Shown: one piece after another, positions 1 to 11,432 of the stretch | How the letters are laid out: each line of letters opens with the position of its first letter | Position numbering within the stretch: the stretch's first letter is position 1 | Position numbers and translations under genes: made by a program | The notes under the pieces: model-generated | What the model was told of the DNA's origin: nothing | The model's database searches: none | The model's input: the letters and a program-made list of their open reading frames with translations, nothing else | Assembly: GCA_965649825.1 (NCBI GenBank) | Contig: OZ287697.1 | Coordinates: 955,635 to 1,019,634 of the forward strand | Direction: 5' to 3' | Origin: Penicillus capitatus | Taxonomy: Eukaryota > Plantae > Chlorophyta | Length of the DNA: 64,000 nt

Positions 1-848
1 GGAGTCATCATGAAACAGTAAACAAGCACAATTGCATATCTGCTTTCGATGGAGATTCTGTGCAGATATGGCTTTGTTATATGCTCCATACCCAAGAGCG
101 GGTGCACGATGACAAGAGTCCTCATGCATAAAATGAGCGGGCACAAGGACTGGAATAACACCCGAAATGCGGAATTTGGATTGCATTACTTCAGATCCCT
201 TGAACAAGATGAGAAAACGGTAGGTCGTACACAAGACCCAATTTGACAAGCAGAAGATCTGTATCTTTCTTCTAGGCTTTCCTGAAAAACGCGAGTTTCG
301 TCAGGGCAGCGATTGTCCGTCACCCAATTTCACGCTTGCTGTCAGGTTATCTCGACAAGATTCGCGATAGGAGCGAATATGGCAGAGTCCCAGGGGTACA
401 GGCCTGTATGAAAGGCTGGGAAATAAAAGTGTCGCCTTTCCACAAATTCGTACACTGTCTCACCAAGCTGCATCCGAATCCGGACAAACTCGACTTCCAC
501 TTCCGAATCCAATCAGCTTTCTGCAATTTCCGACGCTCCGAGCTTGACTTCGTTGGCAAGCAAGGCCATCTTCTGCCAGAGATGAAAGAATTTGGAATGT
601 CCCTCAACTTCTGGGAAGAATACGGCGCCGATGGATGGGGAGATGGACACCATGCATTCGGTGAAAAGTCTTACCAGACACGGACCCATGACTCAGCAAA
701 TCAAATCTGGCAGTACTACACTGAAGATCTGATGATGAAAGCCTATCACTACTACAAAGAGGACTTCGATCGATTTGGATTTACCGTAGAGGAGATTCTG
801 GCCACGAAGCCAAAAAAGACTGCAATGAACAATTCGATCAGCTTGTAA
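1..848 (+). CDS. Carbohydrate sulfotransferase (Sulfotransfer_2-type), 5'-partial; introns 18-65 and 220-275
   Basis: Spliced reading GVIMKQ|YGFVICSIPKSGCT (5'-PSB motif) ... KT|AFLKNASFVRAAIVRHPISRLLSGY (3'-PB motif). Introns are GTAAAC..TGCAG and GTAGGT..TCTAG. Same intron positions as the paralog at 22666-24677. Confidence 0.82.
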
Positions 849-2095
849 ACTTGTATTGATGTGCTACATCTTCCTAGTAGAGTCCTGCTAAGCAAGGGGC
901 GTATCGTCCAATGTCGCGCAGATGATGATGTCGACAGAAAAAAACCGTGGTTCAACAAAGAGCTAGAAGTGGAACTCCGCGACGGCAGATTTCTGCGTTT
1001 GCACACGACTGGTATACAATCTGGGAACATAGAAAGCCTGCTTTTTCTACACGAGCCTTGCTTCCCGTTCGTACTTCCAAGTGTGTGCACCTGATCCTCG
1101 TCCTTCGACAGGTTCTTGCGGCCTTGTCCGTGATCCAAAAGAATCACAACACGTGAGGACTGGGGTCCAATTCATTTCCAAAGTCGGACAGTTCTCTTTC
1201 ATACTGTTCCCCATCGGAATGACTTTTTGAGGTTATCGTCTTTGAGCTTCAAAGACCTACAAGCTTAGAGTGCACATAATATGAAAAACCAGGTGTCCGG
1301 CCTTCCTTGTGCAGGTGGAACGTAACAGCGCACTTGGGACATTCTCTTCTTCGGATCCTTGTTCAATTGACTTCTTCTCAGCGGACCTTTTTCGAAGACA
1401 ATCTCTCGCCCGGTAAAAGGTGTGTTATTAGCTAATGATGCTGTTTTAAAGGCCTTTCCTTTACGTATCATAAAAACGACACAGGGTCAACGTCATGGCC
1501 ACACGAAGAGTGGATGTTTGCTGGCTGCTCTGTCGTTCTCCTGTAGAACAGCGCAGCGACTCTCTCCTACAAGAAACGCGCCGGCATAGGAATCCGTGTT
1601 TATCAAAAGGGATCGAATGGTGGCGGCAGACTGAACAAACAGGTGAATGCGACAAGAACGGACTGACCGACTGCCAACAGCGTGCAAAACATGTTCAGGA
1701 GAAATTGCGAACGCGTTTCTTCGAAGAGCGCCCGTCGCATACTCAAGAATTGTCGATCCGGCCGACAGCACTGATTGTGCAGTATACCGCCGTCATTTTC
1801 AGATGTTCTCGCTGATAGATTTAGAACGCGAACGACGAGCAGACAGCATGGATCTCATCAGATTTGCTTTCCGTCCTCGGACAGTATTCCGTGAACTGTT
1901 TGTTTGGTCCATACGTGAGGGTGACGAAGTCCAGCGCTCTGTCAGTATCAGTATCCTTGAACATGACGTCGACCGAGATTGGACGATGCAGTACAACGAT
2001 TAGCCGGGAAACTAAACGCGTTGTTGTCATTCTCAAACGTGCTTTCCGCCGCCAAACGTAAATACTTATCGAAAAGCCACAAAGTCATCTGGAAG

Positions 2096-3300
2096 ATGTG
2101 GCTGAACGCGTCGCGTTTGCTTGTCGTTGCGACGTTCTTTCTCTTCCTCTCCTGTTCCGCGTCGGCATATGTCGATAACGGCGAAAAAGACCCGGAGCTC
2201 GTTCATGAAAGCAGCCGTCTTTCCGGAGTCTCTTCTCCAAAGGAAGACATCGTTCCATTACTTGCTAAGAACGCCGCCGTAAGACAGGAAATATCCTCCG
2301 TCAGCGATTCTCACAGGCTTGATGTGCGAAGGAAACGTTTGTCGGCGGACACAAAACTTACGGCGGCGTCGCCCACAGCCGTCCATGCTGCACGTCGTTT
2401 GGAGATGGTTGCATCGACTGTTTTGTTCGCGGAACGAGGTCGAATGTGATGCACATTCGAATCCAAGACGGCAGGCATAGTGAGTGGGAGGACCTCGGCT
2501 TCGAAATCGCAGACGAGATCGAATGCCTCAACCGTGCCGCCGCCGTCATCGACGTCATTGTGCTGGACGTCAACCATCATCTTGTCCATAACACTTTCTC
2601 CGACGAAAAGTGGAGCGGTTGGGTGTTGAAAGGAGGAATATTGATGGAAGTGCCTTCCTGTGCCGCCCGATCATCGACCTCCATCGCCTGTATGGGGAGA
2701 GCAAGGAACAACGTGGCATATTATACGGGCTTTACCAGCGGGAAATGGTCGTCGTATATTAACATGGGGGGCACCATGTTGCATCCGATTGGGTGTGTGA
2801 CGAGAGACAACGTCAAGATTAACTGTTTCGCCAGTGGAACAAACCTGCACCTGTATAACAGATACTGGTCAAAAGCAGGCTGGCGAGGCTGGCAAGATCT
2901 CGGTGGATCTGTGAAAGGGCGGCCGTCAGTGACGATATGGAATCTGACGGTGGATCGAAGAAGAATCGATGTGTTTTCTTTAGACATTCGCACAAACAGC
3001 GTCATGCAGAAGACATGGGACGGATGGAGATGGCTCAAGTGGGTCGATCTGGGTGGCTACTTTGCCTCCAATCCCGAATGTGTGACGACTGGAGTCGACA
3101 AAATCCACTGCTTCGCCGTCAGCTATGAGTTCTATCTTCACAGGAACGATTACCAAGCAGGATGGTGGAGTGGCTGGACCAGTGTCGAAGTCAAGTGTAT
3201 CGAAACACCGTCTTGTGTCGCTTCAAGCCCGAACGTGGTATCCTGTTATTGTCGGGACTTCAACCTAACCTTGATGGAGAAGGTCTTCGACTACAACTAA
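2096..3300 (+). CDS. Secreted 7-bladed PLL-like beta-propeller lectin-like protein (A1); intron 2279-2331
   Basis: Signal peptide MWLNASRLLVVATFFLFLSCSASA. A 53-nt GTAAGA..AAG intron joins it in frame to W-x-x-L-G-G..P-x-C/V..IDVF repeats. Confidence 0.8.
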
Positions 3301-3775
3301 GATCTGCCCGGTCTGCCAAACAAATGATTTGTCGACCGCCGTCGCTTTTATTCATTGTTCTCACTCAAATCTTCAATCTGTCAAACGAGCAACCATTGTG
3401 TAAGGCTTCTCCGTTTGATTGTGGAATGAATGTCCAGATGGGCCCGGACTTGAACTTTCATCAGGTTCGAGTACTCAACGTCAGCCTTCCTTTGTTCTCC
3501 AGTACTTTAGAACAGAAACCATTGGAGAAGCGACATGTTTTTCCTCGGGCGTTTGCACAAATCGATCAGCCCATCACTGTGACGATGTCCACACTCTTTC
3601 TTCGGAAAGTCACGCCGTACTCTGCAAGTACGTGTCTCTCTCGGATGCGTCGTCCAGTACTTTGTTCGTGTCGTACGCATGAGTCTCAGTTGACACGGCA
3701 ATTCGCATCAGGGCATCGGTCGACCTGCACATTTCTCTCCGACTGTCGTTTGTCTGTCTGTACGCCGAGTGAGAG

Positions 3776-5023
3776 ATGCCACGCGAACACTCTCTTCTAC
3801 TGACGGTCGTCGCCGCTTTGATGACGGCGGCGGTCAAGTCGAGCGCCGTCTCAGCCGGTCTTCCAGAAGCGACTGGATGCAGGCCGAGGGCGGAAGACGC
3901 CGTTGGGGAACTCTCGGAAACCGACGTTTCTGTGGCGACCGTCGGCGGCGAGCCTTGTCTCTATTCGAACGCGGTCGAGGCTAGACCTCCTCGCGAGAAG
4001 TTCAGAAGAATCGGCGGCAGCGCACAGAGCCGACCGTGCTGCACGTCGTGGGGACCGGGCCGCATCGACTGCTTCGTTCAAGGCCCGAAGGCAAACGTGC
4101 TGCACATCCAGGGAGCCGATGGCGAGTGGCAGGACCTGGGCAATATCGTCATCATCGGCGACATCGAATGTGTGAGTCGCGACGTCGGCGACGTCGGCGT
4201 CATCGACGTGTTCGTGCAGGACAGATCCTCCCGTCTGCGCGTCAACACCTACGCGAGGGGTCAGTGGAGTGGCTGGAAGTCCCTGGGTGGGTCGGGGATG
4301 GAGGTCCCCTCCTGCGTGGCGCGGACAAAGAGCATCGTCAACTGCATGTCGAGAAAGATGGACGGTACATATCAACACATCGGATCCGTCAGCGGCGACT
4401 GGATTTTTATCGACAACTTCGGTGACAGGGCCTGGACGCCGATGGCGTGTTCCGCCAAGTCCGCCGGTCACTTCGATTGCTTCGGCGGCGGAGATCACAT
4501 GCATCTGTCGGTGCAGCGATGGAAAGACGACTGGATCGAGTGGGAGGATCTAGGTGTCCAAGCAACTGGCCGACCATCTGTGACAACCTGGAACCAAAAC
4601 AGAATCGACGTGTTTGTTATGTCGGCGGAGAGCAGAGCTGTTCTGCATCTGGCCTTCGATGGCGCTGCTCAGAGACCGGTGGAGGATCTGGGAGGCGTCT
4701 TCGGTTCCGCACCCGAGTGTGTGACACCTGTGGTCGGCATCATCCACTGCTTCGCCGTTGGTGAAGGATCTTATCTCTACAGGAATTCGTTTTACCGGAA
4801 GCAGTGGACGGACTAGATCGAATCCTTTGGCTTCTTCCTGGATCATCCATCCTGTGTCGTCTCGAACGAGCGCGAGATCACGTGTGCTGCCAGAAGATAT
4901 AACAAAGAGGCGGTTTTCATCGCATACGATTTTGCCAGTAGCGAATTTGACCCGGACGTCAGCCCTCGTCGGATGCGCGTCGCGCAGGGAACACCTGTGA
5001 CAATAGTGACTTACTCAAGCTAA
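3776..5023 (+). CDS. PLL-like beta-propeller lectin-like protein (A2) with in-frame TAG at 4814-4816 replacing a conserved Trp
   Basis: Signal peptide and blades 1-6 are open. After QWTD* the frame continues IESFGFFLDHPSCVVSNEREITCAARRYN, homologous to blade 7 of paralogs, to TAA at 5021-5023. Confidence 0.75.
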
Positions 5024-6639
5024 AGACATAGACGACAAAATCGTCTGGTTCTAATACCCCGTCCGAATTTTTATGGCATCACGCCACTTGTCATGGTTTC
5101 CTCGTGCGTGAGGACACTCCTCGAACGGGCATGCATCCACCGCCTCTGTGATCCAAGGCACTCGTCACACGTACGCTTTGATGATGGAGGACATGTCGAG
5201 AATCGAAAAACAATGATAATGAACTTGAGCCAGATTCGGCGCGAACGAAGCAGATAAAGTCACACTCGGATGAAGTGCCAAGAACTCGAGATGTTCCTAC
5301 GCGAATTGTCGCCCTTCAATACCCATGGCGGTAAAGAATTCCTAACCGTAAGCTCTAACAACTGCGAACTCATGCATGCAATCGACAACCATCCCTATCG
5401 TTGCGAAGGAGGTTCGTGGAGATTCTCCATCCGCTGCTCCATGCGGCCGTGAGGCGCCTGGATGGTTATTTGAACGCGCAACAATCGCGATGGTTGTCTT
5501 CGGCGATTCGAGTACCCACCTCCAACGGGACCCGAAGAGCAGAGAGCTTTTGCAAAAATTCCAATAGTGTTACTGTTCCGGTGAGAATAAACATTTATGT
5601 GTTTGACATGACAGGACACAGCGTCGCACAGCAGACGGAATACAATACCGGATACGTCGAAGTTGGACCATTGCAACGCATGCTGCTGGATCGCCCAACA
5701 AAGCCTTCCTTTCTCTAAGACGGTTTTCAATTAGGTAGAGAACGTAGATAGAACAGAAAAAACTTCAAAAGCATCCTTTCCTTTTTTCGATCATACATCG
5801 AATGTCTCCTCGTCGATGGATGGATGCAATACTCATAACGAGCTATATTTCGCCGCCGGGTCTGTCAAGAATCTCTCTTAGCTTAAAGCCGTGGAAGGTC
5901 GTTCAAGTAGTTTTATGACAGACGCATTGCGTGTCGTCAAAGCAGGCTGCAACAAGCGAGAAATGACAGACAAGGCGGAGTTATAAAAGAGAAGCGTCTA
6001 AATATGTTAATTGTGGCGCGGCCGGAAGCGGGCAGCAGTCCTGATGATCTGACGGCGAAGGTAACAGATGTTCCTGTGGGTAATTCATGGGCACGCGTGT
6101 CAGAGTAAAAGCGAAAAAACAGGGTTCTCGTTTTCTTACAAAGAATTTAGCTTTTTATTGTCATCTTATCACCTCGTAAATCCCATCTGTCTCTGTCAGT
6201 CAAACCACAGGCTTTACAGTTCCCCTCGATACGGGCCCGACCAACCTTCTGTATTCAAACAGCTTTAACAAGTAGGGCCCACAATCACCGATTGCCTCCG
6301 AGCTGTCAACGATGTCAGTCACCCTTGTGGCCTTCGCGGATGTATGTTTTTTTCAAAGATGGTAGGTATCGCAAACAATTGCGAATCTTGTTACTATTCG
6401 ATGAGCTCGGTCATCAAAACTGACCAAAATAACAATCACTGTAACTATTGAAGAAGTGACAAGAACTCGACAACCGATAGAAACAAATATGGTGCTTGAA
6501 GCGACGATTCGTCGATGAAGTGAGAGGATAGATCAATGAGGGAGACAGTCGATCTGATCGCCGACGAGAGAACTTGTTTTCTCTGGTGTTGCGTCTGTGC
6601 TTTCTTGTCATGTGCATAAACCGTTCCCCAAAAGTCCTG

Positions 6640-6790
6640 CCTCAGACACGCATGCCCGACTTGGCGAATCAAATCTGGCAGTACTCCACGAATGCTTTCA
6701 TACCAAAGATCGACAAGCAGTTCAAGGAGGCCGTCGCGCTGCTTGGATTTAACATTGAAAAGACTGGCAAAAAGGCAAACAGGACTGTGA
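6640..6790 (+). pseudogene. Sulfotransferase C-terminal fragment
   Basis: QTRMPDLANQIWQYSTNAFIPKIDKQFKEAVALLGFNIE aligns with QTRTHDSANQIWQYYTEDLMMKAYHYYKEDFDRFGFTVE of the gene at 1-848; no PAPS motifs upstream. Confidence 0.6.
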
Positions 6791-7445
6791 AAGACAATTC
6801 GATGGGCTTGCAAATTCGGTACCAATGTTATCCGTTCAATCTAGCGAGTCTTGCGCGTGAGAGGTATCGTTTTCCATTGCGCGACAGTTCAAACAAAGAC
6901 GTGTGCGAACACCAAGATCAAAGAGCAGAGCGGTCGATCGGGCAGGTGACGACATCAAAACAACAGACGCTTCGTGTCTCGTCGAACGCGTGGGGAATCC
7001 CTGCCACAACACCTAGAAAAAGCTCCCGAATCTGAGTTCAAGGATTGTGTACTTCTTCATTTCATACAGAATATTGAAATGGCTGTCTCCGAGAAGGGGG
7101 AAAGACTTGGTTCTCGATCTGCCTGTGAGAGGCGAAAGCACCGTGGTTTGGAGACGAAGAACCAACGCGACGCTTCCGATGACATCGCCGTTAGAGTTCG
7201 GTACTTCCATCGTCGAAGCAGAAGAGACGAACTGCGCCGCTTTCTCTGGCCGACACGACAGCAATCGTCCTGTTCGATCGTCGGCGCACCGCATCTGCAG
7301 CTAATGTTGCAAAAAATGGCACATTAAACTGTTCCACAGTTGTTGGACTGTTGAGTATTTGATGGATTTGGCAGACAGAACTCGGTACCGATAAAAACGA
7401 ATTGCCAACTCATTTGTTTGGCAGACCAATCAAGCAGGCAGAACT

Positions 7446-8713
7446 TCAGGCATACTTGTAGACGACCTCGATCAGCTCTTTGTTGAATCCGCGCATGTAA
7501 CAGGACACTTCGTTTGCATTGGAAACAACACAGGACGGTGTCTCGAGGAACGGCACATATGTGTTGACCCAGCCACCCCACTTTCCATCTGCGTAGTCAT
7601 TCTTGTAGAGATAGGATTTGGCACCGATGGCAAAACAGTGGTTCTTGCCGACACCGGTGGTCACACATTCAGGCGCCGAGTCAAAGACGCCTCCGAGATC
7701 GACCCACTCCTGCCACTTTCCATTGAAGGTCTTCTGCATGACGCTGTTCGTACTAACGCCCAATGTGAAAACGTCGATCCTGTTAGCGTCCCATGTCGTC
7801 ACTGACGGTCGGCCTTTCACCAGACCTTTGAGGTTTTCATAACCGCCCCATCCTGATCCCTGGATCCAGAATCTTTGATAGAGGTTCAAGTTCAATCCGC
7901 TGACGAAGCAGTTGAAATGCGTTGCATCTCTTGCCGAACATCCAATGGGGTTGAACAAGCCCCCTCCCAGGTCATAATACGACGTCCATTTTCCATCAGT
8001 AGCTCCAATGTGATAGCCTCTGTTTGTCGTTCCTCTCAACATGCAGTTGACGATTTTGGGCGTTCGGACGGCACAAGAAGGCACCTCCATCAATCTCCCC
8101 CCTTTGGACTGCCAGCCGTTCCATTTTCCGCCAGAAAACGTGTTGATGTTGAGTCCAATTGCAACGTCCAGCACCAGGACGTCGATGAAGCCGACGTCAC
8201 GACTGACGCATTCTATCTCGTCGACGATCACACCGCCGAGATCCTCCCATTCGCTATAGACTCCGTTGTCAATGGAAATGTGCATGACGTTCGATTTCGG
8301 TGCTCGGATGAAGCAGTCGACGCGGCCAGGTCCCCATGACGTGCAACATGGGCGGCCCTGCGCCTCGCCGCCGAGCATCTTGAACACATCGGTGACGCCT
8401 TTTTCCACGTCGCCGTTGACGTCCTTTAAAATACAGCGCCGTCAGAAAAAAAAATACCTCGGAAAGAACAGACGCACCTGCGGCTTCGCGAAAACATACG
8501 GTAGAAGGTCGTCTTTCTGGCGTGCATGTGCGTCTGCAGCGAGGAATTTAACGTAACTTCGTCCCGAGGCAAAAACTTACGATCGGAGTCTCTGCCGTCA
8601 AGATCTGTTTGCGCCGTCATCTTAGTAGTCGGGATCCAGGACCCGAAAACGCCATTGCAGGCGCACAAAAGCGCTCCCGCGACGATTAGAGTCGAGAGGC
8701 TTGTCGTCTGCAT
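7446..8713 (-). CDS. Secreted 7-bladed PLL-like lectin-like protein (A3); introns ~8580-8534 and 8477-8424
   Basis: Signal peptide MQTTSLSTLIVAGALLCACNG; GTAAGT..TGCAG and GTGCGT..TAAAG introns keep the frame; seven ~45-aa blades countable. Confidence 0.82.
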
Positions 8714-10089
8714 CTTGGCGAGTTTCCAGAAGAAAACACAACCCGCTGTCAAAATTGCGACGAAACGAATGCCAAATCCGGCGACGTTGACCTGCTTTAA
8801 TAGCCTCTGCATTTAGACCATTAAGCCATTCGTTAACTTCAGCGGTGTGAATGGGGTGGCTTCTCCCTGATTTTCTCAGAGAGTCTTCATTTGGTAATGA
8901 CGCAAGGACCTCGTGCGTTCTGTTACTTCGTTCAACAGTGATGCTGCTGTTCATGCCACTTCGGAAAGGAGGTTCTTCAAACGGGTCATTTCGTCGTCTT
9001 CTGCACACTTCGTACTGATGTATCTCCTTGCGTCAGTGAGCCGGTTTGTCGCTGTAGACATATTCGCGCCAAAAGACCACTGGTCGATATCAACAACCAC
9101 TAACTCTCCTCAGTCCGAAGTATTTTTCATTACGACGCAAGGACGATGAATACATCTGTTCAGCATTGTTATAATGCTCATACGGATAGAACGTCATGGT
9201 TCAAAAACGTGAAGATCGAAGCGATTGGTTCGAGGCGATGGCTGCTGCAATGCGCGTCGATAATGTCACCGCAGATGTCGTCGTATCATCTGACACTTCA
9301 AACGCCGTTTCTGGTCTCGAGGGTTGGCAGCTCTTGAATCGTCATCAAAGCCTCGATATCCACAAGGCTCGTCGACACTTCATCGTATGTGGCGACCGGT
9401 CGTTGTGTTGTTTCGGACGTCGAGTAATGCTTCGCCCTCACTGTAAATCTTAATACCAAGGCGTCAGCTTAAGGAGCGAGCAGATTTTTTGTCCAAAATC
9501 GGAATGTCTGCGAAGGGTTCATATCTCTCTGGATTCTCCCTAAGAAAGAGAATCGTTGTTATCGACTTTTCGATAGGCAAGTGCGAAACGGACATTACTG
9601 AAAATGCGAATGCTTGAGACGAGAGCGACATGTATAAAGCACATTTGTACCGCTCCTTCGCCAGGCTTGCGTAAACGCATACACTCTCATTGTTCAAGCG
9701 CGTGTAGCTTGTCCGCGTCGTATCACACAAACAACGTGCGTTGCGGATTCCTACGAACGCGTTTGCCGTTTGTTTTGCGAATCGAAGTATAATGCAACTT
9801 CGTATAGTTGATTCGCTATCGGACTTGAGGCCGCTAAGCGGAGGACAGAGGATCTGCATGCATATGACGGCGTCTTGTCAACAACGCATCTGAAAGCAGA
9901 GGAGCTATTGTCTCAATATCTGCGGACACAACCGAAGCTAACCCTAGACGAGGTCCGACAAAAGAGCGAACCTGTCTACTGTTCGAATGTACGACACAGA
10001 CAACGATAGTTCGTCTATGGACTTGACATTGGTATGAGAGAAGCCTTGTGCTATGAAACGCCTCTGTAAATCTCTAGAAGCGGTATGTA

Positions 10090-10560
10090 AGCAAGACGAC
10101 CCCCTTGCTGAATCTCCTGACTGCGCACGTGATCTCGTCTTCAAGGAAGACAACACAATATGGAGTGTCGACAAGGAATACAAACGACATGGAAGGATGG
10201 TCGGACGGGACTAAACGCACCTACCGTCATCAACTTCTCTACTATATGAATAACCAACCTCTCCAGGTTCAAGTAGAAAACGTGCGAACAAGAACTGTAT
10301 ACGACGTTGGTACTCGGCACCAAGACATCGATGATACCGACATTACGGCGAACGCATTCGAAGTCGTTGACGATGCGCCACCGAGAAGCTCCGATTCTCT
10401 GCAATCGCCATTGTCGTTCGACATATGCAGCACGCTTGATTTCGTCCTCAAGACGAAGCAGTCGACGCGTCGAGGTCCTCGCGACGTGCAGCACGTTCTG
10501 TTGTGTGTCCTGTTCCCTAGTGTCAGAGCGTTCTTGCCTACAGCTTCATCGCGTCAATGT
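10090..10560 (-). pseudogene. Degenerate PLL-like lectin relic (frameshifted, internally deleted)
   Basis: Minus strand gives RTCCTSRGPRRVDCFVLRTKSSVLHMSNDNG / IVNDFECVRRNVGIIDVLV (blades 1-2), then DTPYCVVFLEDEITC (blade 7), in different frames. Confidence 0.7.
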
Positions 10561-11432
10561 CGACGTTGGCGTAAGAAGACGTCGAGAGCGCCTTTTCCGA
10601 CAACATTTTACGGTGCCGCATCGGAAAGCATTTGCGCATTCGTTTCTTCTGTAGAGCCAGCAGCGGGACGCAAACGCGAACGCAAACAGCAGTCACTAAG
10701 CAGAGACATTTCGTCTCGAGGAATCTTTTCCTCTGACGAAGATCGGCAAAAAGCAGCCAGATGACAAAAGACAGAAACAGATGCTACGAGAAGTAAAGAG
10801 ATCTTGTCCGACGCAAGTACCCGACAGAGACGCGATGCGTCGCCTCGCTGCAATCTTCTTACAAGAGGTCTTTGCTGCCAGATCGTTCACACGTGCGTAT
10901 CGATCACCTCTTCAGTCCATGTTCAACCCACAGGATCTTCTTCAGGTGACACTCTGGCTGCACTGCTTGTTTCGAGATTCCCGGTTGCTATATGTCTCTC
11001 GACTAAGAAGCATAACGACTGATTGATTTCGGCCGTCGCCTATTGTATTCCCCCTCGATCATAAGATCTACGTCATGCGATGATCTGCCAAGGCATTGAG
11101 TAGCAACGAATTGCTATTTGTCCGTTCAAGACAGAAAGCGACGCGACGGATGTCGACATCGACACTCTTACCTTCTTATCGTACGCATATAAGTTCGCAC
11201 TGTTCCCTCTACACAAGAATCGCGCCTGTTTTCTCTGTGAGAGTCGTACCGAACAAGCAACGTCCGTATGCTGTGTTCACTCTTAAACAGATCTGCGTCA
11301 AACGGAGGAGAGCAATAGAAAGGAGAAACATCGACCGTGCGTCATGACACTTTGCCCGACAGTCACTGTTTGAAAACGCTCTTTTCCTCTAATCATCATT
11401 CCAAATGGCATATCTGAAGATGCCTTCGCAGA

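Larger units (their letters stand above)
1530..9055. repeat. Left arm (A) of large inverted segmental duplication
   Basis: Reverse complement matches ~37163-46320; many ORF translations are shared (e.g. 6068-6268 = 39945-40145, 5270-5452 = 42412-42594). Ends located by eye. Confidence 0.92.

Noticed and set aside
861-1250. Short ORF after sulfotransferase (..ESLLFLHEPCFP..) as a hydrolase or second sulfotransferase
   Set aside because: No convincing motif or spliced model; possibly a relic.
4814-4816. TAG as Gln (ulvophycean non-canonical code)
   Set aside because: Paralogs have Trp, not Gln, at these sites, and TAA/TAG terminate conserved genes in the window, so the code is standard.
5270-6300. 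Short ORFs conserved between arms (also 39945-40145, 42167-42594)
   Set aside because: Conservation is explained by the recent duplication; no protein family recognised, and the LINE inserts into this stretch.
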